From assembly GCA_951406725.2 (NCBI GenBank), contig OX597826.1, positions 3,410,001 through 3,474,000 of the forward strand: a stretch of 64,000 bases of DNA, read 5' to 3'. Every line of letters starts with the position of its first letter. Position 1 is the stretch's first letter. The position numbers and the translations under genes were made by a program. Below the pieces are notes generated by a model. It did not search any database and was not told the origin of the DNA. It saw only the letters and a program-made list of their open reading frames with translations. This document shows positions 41,391 through 55,030 of this stretch, in pieces. Source of the DNA: Octopus vulgaris (lineage: Eukaryota).

Positions 41391-42564
41391 TCCAGTGACT
41401 AATCACACAGTTTTATTGATCGTTAGCCTGAAAGCGTTAACTACTCGGCCACGCACCTTCGGATTGTAATTTCAATATCTGTGTAGGTGAGAATATACTC
41501 GCACTTATCATCAAAAGTGAAGTACTTTAATTACTTAAAATAGCCGTATTGCTGATAATCTTAATAGAACCACTTTCCTGTTTCTATATGCATACTAATA
41601 ATTTTAAGTGTTGCCAACTAAGTACAATATACATTACTAAGTAAGTATAATGACACCGAAATATGCTTCTTGCTTTAACAAGATAACTTCAAATTACTAA
41701 TTCCTTCGAAACAGTTTAGTCAAATTTATTCAAATAGTTAGATTGTCTCAACACATTTGAGATATTTCATTCGGTATTTTTTAAATGTATACATAAATAA
41801 AAAGAATTTCTTTTACATAAATTACATGAGTATTGAAAGAAAATCGAACATTTTAAATATATTACATTACCTGTATCTTACCTTATTGTATTTGTAATAA
41901 ATACATGCAACCGTGCCTTGCGCCACTTTCTCAAGTATGCCGTTAATATCTATAACTAGTATCCCGGTTTCTCTCTAATTTTGAATACATTCATGTACTG
42001 TCCATCATTTTTTCTTCTTCTGTATGGTTTTCTTCTATTAGAAGATCTAACAAGACCGAAACTCGTCTGCTGCTTTTCATCAATTGGCTTTACACATCAG
42101 ATCGTCTTTCATCTGCAGTGCATTTATTTTTTAAAACATTGAGTTGTTAAGTTTTGACGGCGTCAACAGCCTTGGCCAGTGTTTGTATACTTAGCTCCTG
42201 GAAATTTAAGCTTTTCTATAGGTTATATGGATAATCTAAGATATGGAAATTTTATATATAAAGTCACTATATTTCACATATGCAGTATATTCCAATACAC
42301 AATCTATTCTTTGAGTCATTATTCAGTTCATTTGAATTCCTTCCTTGTTACGTTTTGTTCTGTCAACTAGCGAATCAGGAGATACGTCAGTTGACAAAAA
42401 GGAAACACATATTTCGAAATTGTTATTAAGATGCATATATGTATGTATGTATGTATGCATGCGTGTGTCAGCCCGTGTGTGAGTGCATGTACATACGTGT
42501 GAGCGAGCGTGTACGTGTGGATGCTCACAGCATCCAGCATATACCCTTACCTGTAACTTCTACC

Positions 42565-42960
42565 CACTTTCCACTGGCTGAATTCTGTCTCTGGTCTATA
42601 GTGCTGACATCACATCATCTGATGGCATCAAAAGACATTTCAAGGACACGACAAACAATGGCTTCAAAGGAAGTTATACTCAACATATGCATACCTTCAT
42701 GTGCAGAGATAGGGAGAAACACACCTCCTTGTATCCTTTACTCTGGACACTCCATGACCCTCAGAACGATTTCTCCCACATCTAATCGCGTATCCCTGAC
42801 ATATACCTTCCGTACTCACTTTGAACTAGCAATTTCAGTCTCCGCTTCCGCGAGAGACTGCTCATACTCTACCAAACTTTATTATCCACCAATGGAAAGA
42901 ATAAATTATCTTATTTTTGCAACCAGAGGCATTCCATTTTAATGAACTTCAAGCACCGGA
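42565..42960 (+). pseudogene. Penelope-like GIY-YIG endonuclease relic
   Basis: FPLAEFCL / VYSADI...TNNGFKGSYTQHMHTF..R..EKHTSL...W...ERLLILY...NKL..FCNQR follows the CPL.G.CL..VY.A..T...FK.RY..H...F..T.LS..IW..EK..IL..NEL...C.HR pattern of PLE endonucleases. Contains stops and a frameshift. Confidence 0.72.
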
Positions 42961-43492
42961 CACCCAACAACCCACATGTACCCTCCTGCGCACAGTAAAT
43001 AAACCATAGGGTGTCTATATAGACTTCAGCCCCACACAAGCTGACAATCAAAAACTAAAACCTCTAAATTTTAATCCAGTACTATCAGAGCTAGTCACTC
43101 CCATAGCAAGGCTTTCACTGAGATAGTGTTACTTCTCTATTAATCCGGAAAAACACCTTGTCCTGGTATGTGTAGTAGCAATTGCAACGATCTGATGTCG
43201 CTAAACAAACCAATCTAGACTCAACAGACCTATTGGCCCTAGCGACCTACCACATCTTTTGCGAACACGGAAACCTAAGACCAATGATGACACAACTTTG
43301 TCTGAGTTTACCAATACTGGCCTAACACTTGGAGGCCATTTTCAATCTATGTCCTCATGTTATTCGATCTCCAGATGCCAGGAGAACTGAGTTCCTCCTA
43401 CGAACCTACGAAGCTTTTAGTTGCATAGAAGTATTTCTCACTGTTATTAATAACACACGCACACAAATGTATATGTATGTGTAAATCTATAT

Positions 43493-43524
<32 letters not shown>

Positions 43525-43559
43525 TTATACGTATATGAGTATATACATATACATATATG

Positions 43560-43605
<46 letters not shown>

Positions 43606-44151
43606 GTAGAGCTATTTCTTCCAGTAATTATTCTCATTTTGCCTCTATAGTTAATTATAATTTCTTGTATCGAGACACGTTCTTACATCTGTGTCTCTTT
43701 CTGTTTCTCTCTCATTAAATTATTGCTAAATCTTACGTACGGCAATCCATAAATTGCATATGTTAAACATGTATATTTTGTCTCCTCGCTTTAACAATTC
43801 TCTATTTCGAACTAGCAATCAACAATATAAACTGTTTGCTTCTTAAATATCGACGATGGCGAAGAAGTCGGAAGAGAAATTGAAGAAGAAGATGAAGAAG
43901 GAGGAGAAGGTAAAAGATGAGAACAGGTAGAAAGACAGGAAGGAAGAAAGAAATACACGAAGAAAGAAAGAAAGAAAGAAAGAAGGGGAGAAAGGAAAGC
44001 GTTACATCATTTATCTTTAATTACCTCGACCAAAGATTTGATCAGGTGATATTAATGTTAGATTTCTCGTCGAAACATAGATCAATATGTATACATATTG
44101 AAATAAGCTCTCCTACTTAAAGTAATTACTTCCAATATCCAAAAGCGTTAC

Positions 44152-44197
44152 ATTATTATTATTATTACTATTATTATTACTATTATTATTATTATTA

Positions 44198-44279
<82 letters not shown>

Positions 44280-44280
44280 G

Positions 44281-44321
<41 letters not shown>

Positions 44322-44324
44322 TAC

Positions 44325-44366
<42 letters not shown>

Positions 44367-44367
44367 G

Positions 44368-44405
<38 letters not shown>

Positions 44406-44445
44406 CATCATCATCATCCTCATCATCGTTATCATCAGCGTTATT
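44152..44445. repeat. (ATT)n/(ATC)n microsatellite
   Basis: Directly visible. Confidence 0.97.
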
Positions 44446-45029
44446 ATTTAGTCGTTCCTGTTCTTCCATCAGAAACCGCGTTTGATTATGCAACGTAAGT
44501 ATACAAAACTCTACCACGTAAAGAGGGAATAAAATCTCCAAATAAAATAAGGTGAACGTCGTCATGTTTCCATGTTTGCTCTTCTTTAAATGATATTTTA
44601 CATTGTTGATTTAGCTATAAAATCTTTGTATAAATACAAAGCTTTTAGCAAACAGGATGCTCGCATACGTTTCTAGTTATTTATTTGTTGATGTTGTATA
44701 GGTTATATTTCTCATGCTAGTTGCTGTTCTTTCACATTACAGTTGTTTTTCTCACGATGTCGGCCATGTTCTTTGCTAATATTGCTTCCGTCAATTACGG
44801 TTAAGTTTATAATTGTTGATGTGGTTGCTAACTTTGTTCAATTTCACTGTTGTTGTTATTTGTGTTTTTGTTGTTGTTGTTGTTGTTGTTGCAGTTGTCG
44901 TTTTTCACAATTATCGATATAATTGATACCTGTTGAAAACATTTAAATTGCTGTTTAGATTTGTAAAACTGTTTGCCCCGTTTTTTTTTTTTTTGCGAAA
45001 TTGTGCCACATCAATTGCCATCGTTATAT

Positions 45030-45424
45030 GAGTGGCTGTGTGTTAGGTAGTTTGCTTACCAACCACATGGTTCCGGGTTCAGTCCCACTGCGTAGCACCT
45101 TGGGCAAGTGTTTTCTACTACAGTCTCGGGCCGACCACAGCCTTATGAGTTGATTTGATAGCCAGAAATTGAAACAAGCCCGTTGTATATATGTGTATAT
45201 ATATGTATGTATGTGTGTATACGTTTGTGTGTCTGTGTTTATCCCCCCAACATCGCTTGACAACCGATGTTGGTGTGTTACGTCCCCGTAGCTTAGTGGT
45301 TCGGCAAAACAGACCGATAGAATAAGTACTAGGCTTACAAAGATTTGCTCGACTAAAGGCGGTGCTCCAGCATGGCCACAGTCAAATGACTGAAACAAGA
45401 AAAAGAGTAAAAGAGTAAAAGAGT
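45030..45424 (+). mobile_element. SINE family A, near full length
   Basis: Matches 20075-20493, with the tail (aaaagagt)n. Confidence 0.9.
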
Positions 45425-45481
45425 ATGTATATACGCACATGTATATATTAATATGTGTATAGATACACAGATACACACACG

Positions 45482-45535
<54 letters not shown>

Positions 45536-45539
45536 GTAA

Positions 45540-45700
45540 ATCCCCCAAAAAGAACGACAAACACAAAAAGAACGCAACAGCGCGAGGAGGTGGTATATGT
45601 AAAGTATTAGCAGACACTCAGGGATGGAAAGAAAGATGGTTTAACGTTTCGAGTAACGCTCTTCTTCAGAAAAGGAGGAAAGAACAATAGATAGGAAATA
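45540..45700 (-). mobile_element. Penelope-like pLTR with a canonical-core minimal hammerhead
   Basis: Minus strand ttt-CTGAAGA-A-GAG(CGTTA)CTC-GAAAC-GTT-aaa at 45672-45640. Confidence 0.7.
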
Positions 45701-46817
45701 CACACATACGCAGAAATATATATGCACATACATATGCATTTATATATATATATATATATACATATATACATACATACATACAGATATACATGTATGCATA
45801 TAAAAATACTTATATTTTGAAACATATGTGTATAAAGGCATAATTATTTATATATATGTATATATATCCATATTTATGAATATATATATATATATATGCT
45901 TTTTTGTTTATATGTGTCTGTGTGTGTGTAACGTGGCTCCATTTAGAGTAGATTAATGATATGTAGATATTTCCCCGTATCGTCTAAGTTCTAATCACAT
46001 TGCTTTTACTTCTTAATTTTCTGTCTTGGCTCCAATCCTTACAAATCTAAGTGACAATTAGCTTTTCGTGATTCAGCTTAATTGATTACATCGCTCCTCT
46101 GTATGAAATTTTTAACATTATTGTAAAATAGGAAGGCGTAATTACCATTGTATTTCATTTAGTTCTTGTTGTCGTCGTTTGCTTCTAGTTCAACCTGCTT
46201 CTGGTAGCAATGTGACCAAGCGGTAGATATGAAATCACCGCATGTTGTTTGGAACATGCAATATTACATTTCTTCGTATTTCTAATGCATTTTTTCTTCT
46301 TTGCAATGCATTTTTCTTCTCGTTTAAAAAAATTGTTCTTTAAAATTGCCAAAGATTTCTTTAGTAATTCTAGTAGATCAAGACTCCACCTAGAGATCCC
46401 GTCATGCCATACTGTATCACACACAATGAACTAAAATTGACAGTAGAACGATTCAGTGAATTTGGAGTACTTTATTGCTTTAATTCTATTATTTTTTTTA
46501 CATCGCTCACTTCCATGCTCACACTTCATCTGCTCAATTATCTGCCTTCATACATGTACAGGCAAAAACACATGTACGTCCAAATACTTACGCATACGCA
46601 CATAGGCAAATATATACACACATTTGTAAATAAATAATGCATCTAATTTTGTCTCTTGCAGAGTAAACTTTGCTTGTATTGTCACCGAGGAGATGAAAAA
46701 TGTACTGAACGTGACCTGGTTTAATACAATTGATTAATTCCGTCTTTTGGAAAAGAAAAATATAGCATTGTACTAACCTAAAATCTCGGTCAAATCCATC
46801 AGTACGACTATGACAAG

Positions 46818-47390
46818 GTATTTGGCAGAATCTTTCGAGCGTTGGGTAGAAAACCATACTCTAAACGTTCAGGCATTTGGTGCTCAGGTTCAAATTTCGC
46901 CGAGTTCAAATTTGCATTTCTGTACCTGATGGTTCTTAAATAGAACTACAAATTCACTGCGATGAATTGGCTGAAGCGTAAAAACATAGAGACAATATGT
47001 CTTAGGCTTTTTCCTCCAGGTCCTAACGTTCTGAGTTCAAATTGTACTGTAGAATACATGTGTAGAAAAATTAATCTGTCGCTCGGTTTAACACCGAGCT
47101 ACGTGTAGAATTTTCAAACACATAATTCCTTCGGAGACCGTGGTATATGTTACGACTTTCATACGAGCAAAAGATAATGAAAGCTCCGGCAACACAAAAT
47201 ACCTACTAAGAAACTGGTTTCAAATTTTCCAGAAGGCCAGGAAATTCAGGGAACCATTATGGAACAGGTACTTTATTTTATTGATCTTGAAAGGAAGAAA
47301 TGTAAAGTCGCCCACGGTGTTATTTGAATTCAGAACGAAACATCGGAAGAAATGCCTGCAATGTAATGATTCCACGAACTCTGCGCCATC
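46818..47390. mobile_element. Degenerate SINE family B fragments
   Basis: tcaggttcaaatttcgccgag and aacgttctgagttcaaatt on +, and a minus copy at about 47215-47390. Confidence 0.55.
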
Positions 47391-49326
47391 AAACCCGCTG
47401 AGATATTGCTATGAGGTCGTTCGCTTTTATGTGCCATTTTATGCATATCTCTTTTATTGAAACGGGACAATTACAGGCATCATCCGAGTTGATAGTACTA
47501 CCCTCGTTTGGTTATGGAGAAATGAATACCCTGGAATACTACAAAAAGGGGAGACATATCTTACCCAACGTCTATACTTTACGGATGACCTTAAATACTA
47601 ATCTCTGAACTTTTTCTTTGCGTTTATAGATCCCACCCCAATTTTGTCAAGCAGTTTAGAAATTATATATTTAAGCACAACAGAAAATGGAGAATAAAAT
47701 GAGCAACGAGATCATAGGAGTGGATGATTTAGAAATCCAAAGATTGTAAAAAGTACGAGAGATACGTACGCCATACTGAATTTGAAGTCAGAATAATACT
47801 CTTTCTCTAATATATATCTGAACAAAAATATTTAAACAGGAATGTTTTAAGATCAGCAAAAATATAAATATAAAATATATAAATTCATGACAGGAGTAGG
47901 AATATATATATATTCTATAAATATATGTACATTGCCAGCTTTAACATATGTAACTCGGTGGATTGGATGTTTTAAGTTACTAGTAATAGAGAAACAGAGA
48001 TTGTCCGTGGCATTCCCAGGCACTTCTAATAATGCCTTCGACGTACGACTTGAGCTTTTAGTAGACAACACAAAGAAATATAGAGTAACGATCTGCATAT
48101 TACGAAGTTCTAGCATAATCACTAAGGTGGACCGTGTGACAAAGACAGAGAAGCTGAGATGATCGCTTGCACAAACGTGTTTGACGGTAGTTCAAAGCCT
48201 ACCCTCATGAAGGATTAGAAGCTATGATAGCATCGCCAGAAACGACAGAGATGCGAAGATTTTCTTGTGATCGCTCGGTACGTCTAGTATTAAATACTTA
48301 GATTTATCATTCATCACTAAAATTTTTATTTGTAAAACTTTATACACAACATCGTTAACATACAATTTTGTAGCCAATATTTTCACAATCAAGTTACCTC
48401 ATCAAAGAAACTTCTAACATAAGGTGACCATATTTAAAATAACAAAAGAAGCCAACAATGGCATATGTATAAAACTGTTGAGAAACAATCCCACACATAT
48501 AAACCTCCATTCCAACTGCGATTCTAGATCCTGACGCAGTTTCCTCTCTATTTTCACTGGCCAATTCATAGATATTTTTACAGCACTCACACTAATTGTA
48601 TCTGATGTAGTTTCTACTGCAAACTTTCAGTCACTTTTGACATGAATCTATTACTAATACTTGACCTCATAGTTTATTGTCACGTGCCATATTCGTTCAC
48701 ACGTAATGAAATAAATTATGCCACATAACTAATTGAGTTTTTGGTAATCTGCCAGAATATTTTGTTTTCATTTTTGCTTTTAGATCATGATGAAGCTACG
48801 TAGATCATAGTGTTAAGTTTTCTTTGCTTTTCGTTCATTAAATAATTTCATAACATTTAAAGTAGTTTAGTAATTACAAGAAAAGCCGAATGAAAAACAG
48901 CGAGCAGAAGAACCGATGCTTTCAATGAAATATATTTTGTTTTACCAGCACAAACAAATACGATGAAGCCTCTAGGTTGTTATTGGTCTGCAAACAATAA
49001 CAGACTGATAATCTACAAAGTACACATTTTTTTCAAATGGAGATGGTCACAACGGGTCATAAAGTCTGAATAATATAATCAGATGGGACGGTCACAGTTG
49101 AGATGACTGTGATTGTGGGCTAGTGCTCTGCACGATTAGGACTCATTAGAGCACATTTGAGCGATTTCATCATATATACATATATACGTACATATATATA
49201 TATATATATATATATGTATATGTATAAGAATAAAATCGATGTTTAAAATACCGGTCTTATCAGTTGGCCAGCATGGGAATAAAAACCTTTCAAAGTTAAT
49301 AATTATTTAAAATTATAATCTAGGGG

Positions 49327-49481
49327 ATTTAAGAGATACCTCCACGCAGGAAATAGCAGTCAAAACTTGAATCTAAAACCACATTAAATGTTCAAACAGC
49401 ACCTGGTGCTGTATGAACATTTAATGTGGTTTTAGAGTCAAGTTTTGACTGCTATTTCCAGCGTGGAGGCATCTCTTAAAT
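49327..49481. repeat. 155-bp foldback palindrome (77-bp arms, 1-nt spacer)
   Basis: Centred on T49404 (cagcacc-t-ggtgctg). I count 4 mismatches between the arms. Confidence 0.95.
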
Positions 49482-49487
49482 GATAAT

Positions 49488-49550
<63 letters not shown>

Positions 49551-49553
<3 letters not shown>

Positions 49554-49650
49554 CTCCTTCTTTCCTTCTTTCCTGAGCGTCCAATAATACTATATTTGTT
49601 CCACGTCCTCGCGTTGTTGTGTTTTTTGTGTCTTCTTGCTTGGATTAACT
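49551..49650 (+). mobile_element. Penelope-like pLTR 3' fragment
   Basis: Near-identical to 51242-51343 and bounded by (TA)n. Confidence 0.7.
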
Positions 49651-49934
49651 ATATATATAATATGTATATATATGTATATGTATATATATACCGAGGGAGA
49701 GAGAGAGAGAGAGGAAAGAGAGAGAAAGAGAGATATCTATTAAACACAACCATAAGTTATATACCTATGATGAAATTCGCACATTTAAATGTATATAATG
49801 TGTCAACCATACTAACGTCTGTAGATATACATTTCATCGGCGTGACATGGTTCAGAACATTTATAGGCTCCTGAAGAATATATTTTTGTGGAATAATGTT
49901 GGCCGGATAAAAGAGTGAAAATACGGTAAATATT

Positions 49935-50148
49935 CCTTTCTAATCTAGGCACAAGGTCCGAAACTTTTGGGGAGGCGGTCAGTCGATTACATCGAAATTA
50001 GTATGCAACTGGTACTTAATTTATATACCCCGAAAGGATGAAAGGCAAAGACGACCTCAGCGCAATTTGAACTCAGAACGTAAAGACAGAGAAAATAACG
50101 CTAAGCGTTTCGCCCGGCGTGCTAACGTTTCTGCCAGCTTATCGCCTT
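49935..50148 (-). mobile_element. SINE family B, full copy
   Basis: ccccgaaaggatgaaaggcaaagacgacc...tttcgcccggcgtgctaacgtttctgccagct. Confidence 0.87.
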
Positions 50149-51149
50149 GAAAATATAGAAAACATTACTCGCACAAGCAACAGAGCATCTTCCCTGGTGC
50201 TCACGCACACTCGTATGTGCTTACACACACTAGGAGAAATTAATAAACAGACACACACAACACACAAAACATGCTAAGATACATAAAGGTGTGCGTTTGC
50301 GAACTAGGAATACGAAAAAGGAACCACATATGCGGTGCACAGAAGGGACAAGGACTCAAGAAAACACTAGAATGTGACAACTGATGCAAACTTAGTGGAG
50401 TTAACACTGAAGATTTCACTCACATCAAAATTCGTTTCCAAACATGTAATCGCATTATTATCTACGTATGAAACATGTTTTAATCAACACTTTGTATAAT
50501 GAGGTCCGTGAGAGGGATAATTCTGAGTTCAAAGATATAAGGACACGCAGCACGGTAGATGCGATAGATACTCATAAAATGTACTGGTGGAAAATCTCAG
50601 TGAAAACCGGGTTTCATGTCTTACACAAATTATTCCTCAGTTAAGGTATCACAATATGGACAAATTCTTGGATTTCGACATTCACATAGGGGCGAAGCAG
50701 TATCCGTCGCCTACTCGATCAGAAGATGTGACCAGAAAAAAAAATGGAATATCTATGAAGAGGGAAATGGAGGAGGAGAGAGAGGGGTGGAAGAGAAAGA
50801 CAACGAGTAAACTAGTGATTAGAGGACGGGGGGATGAAGAGACTACAGAGAACAGCAAAAGGTTGTGCAAATGTGAAGACAGAGAAAATCGGAGATGGAA
50901 TCAGTAGGGGCGAAGGGAATGGGTATGGTAAATAAAATAGATATACTAATAAATAAATGTACTTCAATATATATGTGTGTGTGTGCGCCCGTGCATGTGT
51001 GTGTTAGTGTGTTTCAAGAAATAGCAGAGGTGTTGCGGTCCAGTCCCAAGTGCGTAGCTTCTTGGGCAAGTATCTTTAACAAGCATAGCTTATCGACCAA
51101 TTGCTTGTGAGTGGATTTGATAGACGGAAAGTAAAATATCGACCGCGTG

Positions 51150-51338
51150 TGTATCGTTGGCGATTTTTTTCCTCTGTCTTCCCTTCTCTGGATCTTTCCT
51201 TCTCCTATGTTTCCGACGAAGAGATCCGCGCGAACCGTTAAACCCTCCTTCTTTCCTTTTTTCCCTGAGCGTCCAATAATACTATATTTGTTCCACGTCC
51301 TCGCGTTGTTGTGTTTTTTTGTGCTTTCATGTTTGGAT

Positions 51339-51343
<5 letters not shown>
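51150..51343 (+). mobile_element. Penelope-like pLTR with a degenerate hammerhead motif
   Basis: gttt-CCGACGA-A-GAGA(TCC)GCGC-GAACC-GTT-aaac at 51209-51243. Confidence 0.6.
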
Positions 51344-51402
<59 letters not shown>

Positions 51403-51454
51403 CATGTATGTATTATATATATATATGCATGTATGTATATACATATACATATAC

Positions 51455-51513
<59 letters not shown>

Positions 51514-51539
51514 TGCATACATGTACATATATAGATAAG

Positions 51540-51860
51540 TAGACTATGAGATGTATTAATATCAAGAAGAGCCAAAGGTGTCAGGTAACGCTGAGTAAGT
51601 GCTATGGACAGGTTCGATAATGATACGAATGAGGAGTCCAACGTGGGTCATGTATTAGCATGCGTAATTATAAGAATTGACAGAATGAGATAAAAAGAAA
51701 TCCAAGGCTGCGAATAGTGTTCAGAACATTTATAAATAGAAGGCTTTACAGCTGTTTCCGGGATATATTTTATATTCCTTCATTGGAGATGGTGCAAGAA
51801 AATATTTGAGTAATAATTAGTGTAAAGAAGATATGAAATACAGAGAAAAGTGAAGGAATG
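51540..51860 (-). mobile_element. Penelope-like pLTR with a decayed hammerhead motif
   Basis: Minus strand CCAATGA-AGGAATATA(AAA)TATATCCC-G-GAAAC-AGCT-GTA at 51786-51747, with palindromic helix III ACAGCTGT. Confidence 0.5.
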
Positions 51861-52026
51861 AAAACTGACGCGAGATACGCAAGGATATTGTATTTGCAGT
51901 TCCATTATTTAAGCAGAATGATGTATATATAAGTTTCCTGTACCTTCTGTGTGAGTTCCAATAGTGTTTATACTTATTCATTCTAAGCATAAAGTCTTGT
52001 AAGCAGTGTTATTTGATCGAGGGTTT

Positions 52027-52108
<82 letters not shown>

Positions 52109-52541
52109 ATATAGAATATACATGTATGTGTGTGTGTGAATCTTTCAGAGTGAGAGTTTATAGACGTGCATTTATAGATGTCCACTTATATATGTATTCA
52201 AACACAACTGCTTGACAAATGGTGTAGTTCTGTTCACAACGCCTCAAATTTAATGTTCGCGGAGAAGGACCGAATAAGCAAGTAGTACCAGGTTTGAAAA
52301 CAAAACCACATAATGGTGTAGATTTGTCCCATTAAAACCTTGAAAGGGTGCGTCAAATCATTGCCGCGGCTTTGGTTGAAGTCGTCTTGAACAATTCCTC
52401 TACAACAATTCATCTGTGCATGTGTGTGTGGTTGTAGATGAACTGTATCTGTAGATGCATTGTAGAAAAATTCGCCGGATACCCATTGCCGCAGTCCAAT
52501 AACTACTTGAGGTAAAAAGCACAAGTACACACACACACACA

Positions 52542-52592
<51 letters not shown>

Positions 52593-53199
52593 GTATATAT
52601 CTATATATATGATAGTTTTGAGTTTATTGTATTTATCTACTGCTTCCTTCTCTGAATATCCATTGATCGATTGCCATGCATCCTTAAAGTAAATCATAAT
52701 TGTGAACCTGCTGAGGACACTATCGCCTCTGGATATATACTGGGTCAACTTGCTCCGTATAACAGATTTTTATACTTTGTACTACTATCAGTTGTTCTGA
52801 AGATAAATCTGTTTTACTTCCCAGCATACTTATACCTTCTGGCTGAACACATACGTATATATTTATATGTACATTATATACGTGGTAACGTTGACCTAAT
52901 ATCTATTATATAATGAAGAAGATTATGAGATAGGTGTGAAGAAATGGAATAAACATATACGCGCCCATTTCACTTCTCGTATATATATGTGCATGAGTGT
53001 GTGTGTGTGTGTGTGTGTTGCGTACGCTTATTGGAAGCAGCCTATTTTTAATATAGTCTCAGAGTTGGAAAACTTAAGGATATTTTCAGCAGATGACTAT
53101 TTTCACAGCGTTCTATGTCACGTGGAAATAAATTAAAAGTACCTTCCAGTTATTATACAATAACTGTTCAATGACTTTAAAAACCATGATTGAGTTAAA

Positions 53200-53420
53200 A
53201 GTGAACTAATTAACCAGCTCTGATATTTGTTCAAAATAATAAAGCACTATTTAGATATTACATGTTCTTCAGTTACTATGGTAAGGGCGAGCATGTTCTG
53301 TAATGAAATAATATTTACATAATTGTTGAAGTTATTATCTTTTAAACTCCAGATATATTGGGAGAGTGTTGTAGTAAAGTGTTTTACGTGTGTGTGTGTG
53401 CTGAAACAAATGAATAATGC
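53200..53420 (-). pseudogene. Penelope-like GIY-YIG endonuclease C-terminal relic
   Basis: TTLSQYIWSLKDNN and a downstream LNK..SELVN match the T.LS.YIW.LK...LNKRSEL motif of PLE endonucleases. Confidence 0.68.
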
Positions 53421-54067
53421 CTGCGTCTTCTCTAAATTAGCAGTAAACATATAATGATTACTGTCAAATAGCAGTAAACACTATATAAGTTTTTGTTTCG
53501 CTTTATTTACAATATTAAAACGAGACAGAGTAAATATTCATGGGTTTCAATTATATAAAGCAGAAGTGTATAGACGTTTGTGCCGAAAATGTTTCTCTAG
53601 TTTGTTCTTGTTATGAAAGCAGCGGGTTATTAGTAGACCCGTAGCACACCTTAATGCCTTTCCTATTAAAGATCATAGGATATTTATAATCCTATGAAGA
53701 AATTATTATTTATGTGGTTTAGTAAAATCCTGGCATCAGTATTATTAAGCGGATATCCAGTTCATATTTTCACGAGGAATCCTTAAACCGTTCTGCTCAT
53801 TACTACAACACATTGTCATAGAATGTATTACGTACATACAGTATATCACTAAGTCTAAGGAACTAACGAAGATTGGAAAAGATGTATTATATAATACGCA
53901 TAATCTACATGCGTTAAATATACGTTGTAGTATTGAAAGGATTTTGCTCAAACATATAAATAATGATTTTCCATTGGTATATAATACAAGTCTCGTTAAA
54001 ATGAGCTACAATACTGCCAAATCATCTCACGGTTTGTAACCAGTATAAACAAGCAAGTAATATTTCA

Positions 54068-54267
54068 AAGCTGCGAGCTGACGGAATCGTTAGCATGCCG
54101 GACAAAATGCATAGCGGAATTGCGTTCTGGGTTGCTCAAATTTTGCCAAGGCCGACTTTACATTACATTCTTTCAGGGTCGATAAAATATGCATCTGTTG
54201 AGTACTGGGATCGATGTAATCGATTTAGCACCTCCCAAAAAATTTGGCCGTGTGGCAACATTTGAAG
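54068..54267 (+). mobile_element. SINE family B, diverged
   Basis: gcgagctgacggaatcgttagcatgccggacaaaatg...ggtcgataaaat...ctgggatcgatgtaatcga. Confidence 0.75.
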
Positions 54268-54404
54268 TTAATATTTCCAGAAGGGAATCTCGAACTTTTT
54301 CCTCTGTATATTTTAAATACGCCGTATTTTGATCACCTAGTATATATCTATTTCAGTTACAACTGTGATGTTGTTGATAAAACAGGTCCTTTGTCTAACT
54401 CTTG

Positions 54405-54590
54405 AAGATTTTGGGTAAAATTATACAGATGTGTCCGTCTAATTTAATAAAATTTTATGTCTTTGTGCAGCTGAAGATTGCTCTACATTTTAAATTGATG
54501 TAATGATTGCATTGTTCAATTAAGTGGAGTCGCATGAAACGATCGTACTGCATTACCTATGGATATCCTTGTTGCTTATTTTGATTTTAT
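54405..54590 (+). mobile_element. Penelope-like pLTR (copy 1)
   Basis: Near-identical to the reverse complement of about 58480-58665. Contains the hammerhead at 54465-54553 and ends in (TA)n. Confidence 0.75.
54465..54553 (+). ncRNA. Type I hammerhead ribozyme candidate
   Basis: Helix I gtgcag/ctgcat, core CTGAAGA (54471-54477), long helix II, GAAAC (54536-54540), palindromic helix III ACGATCGT and GUA triplet (54545-54547). Confidence 0.75.
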
Positions 54591-54646
54591 ATATATATAT
54601 ATATAATGTTAATACCTTTACTTGATTCTATATATACATATATATA

Positions 54647-54678
<32 letters not shown>

Positions 54679-54692
54679 CATATATATATGAG

Positions 54693-55030
54693 GAGACCCC
54701 TTCGGTCATGAATGATCATGGGAATGCACCTAGAAAGTTACCCTGCGATGCACAAGTCCGGGCAAGTTTGTTTTTTGTGGAAGGCTAGCAGTCGCCCATG
54801 CATACCAGCCTCCCCTCTCCACACCATTGATGTTATACAAGAGAAAAGGCAAAATGGCAGATACAGCTTGGCACCTGTGATGTCGCAACTCATTTCTACA
54901 GCTGAGGTAACTGGAACAGCGTGAAATAAAAAGTCTTGCTCAAGAACACAACACGCAGCCCTGTATGGGAGTCGAACTCACAACCTCACGATCGTAAGCT
55001 CGACGTTCTTACCACTGAGGCGTCCGCCTT

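Noticed and set aside
42035-42075. agaaga-tct(aaca)aga-cc-GAAAC-TC-GTC hammerhead-like remnant
   Set aside because: The 5' core and helix I are missing, so it cannot be distinguished from chance.
42439-42942. 167-aa ORF as a host gene
   Set aside because: It starts in a microsatellite and is mostly an off-frame reading of the GIY-YIG relic.
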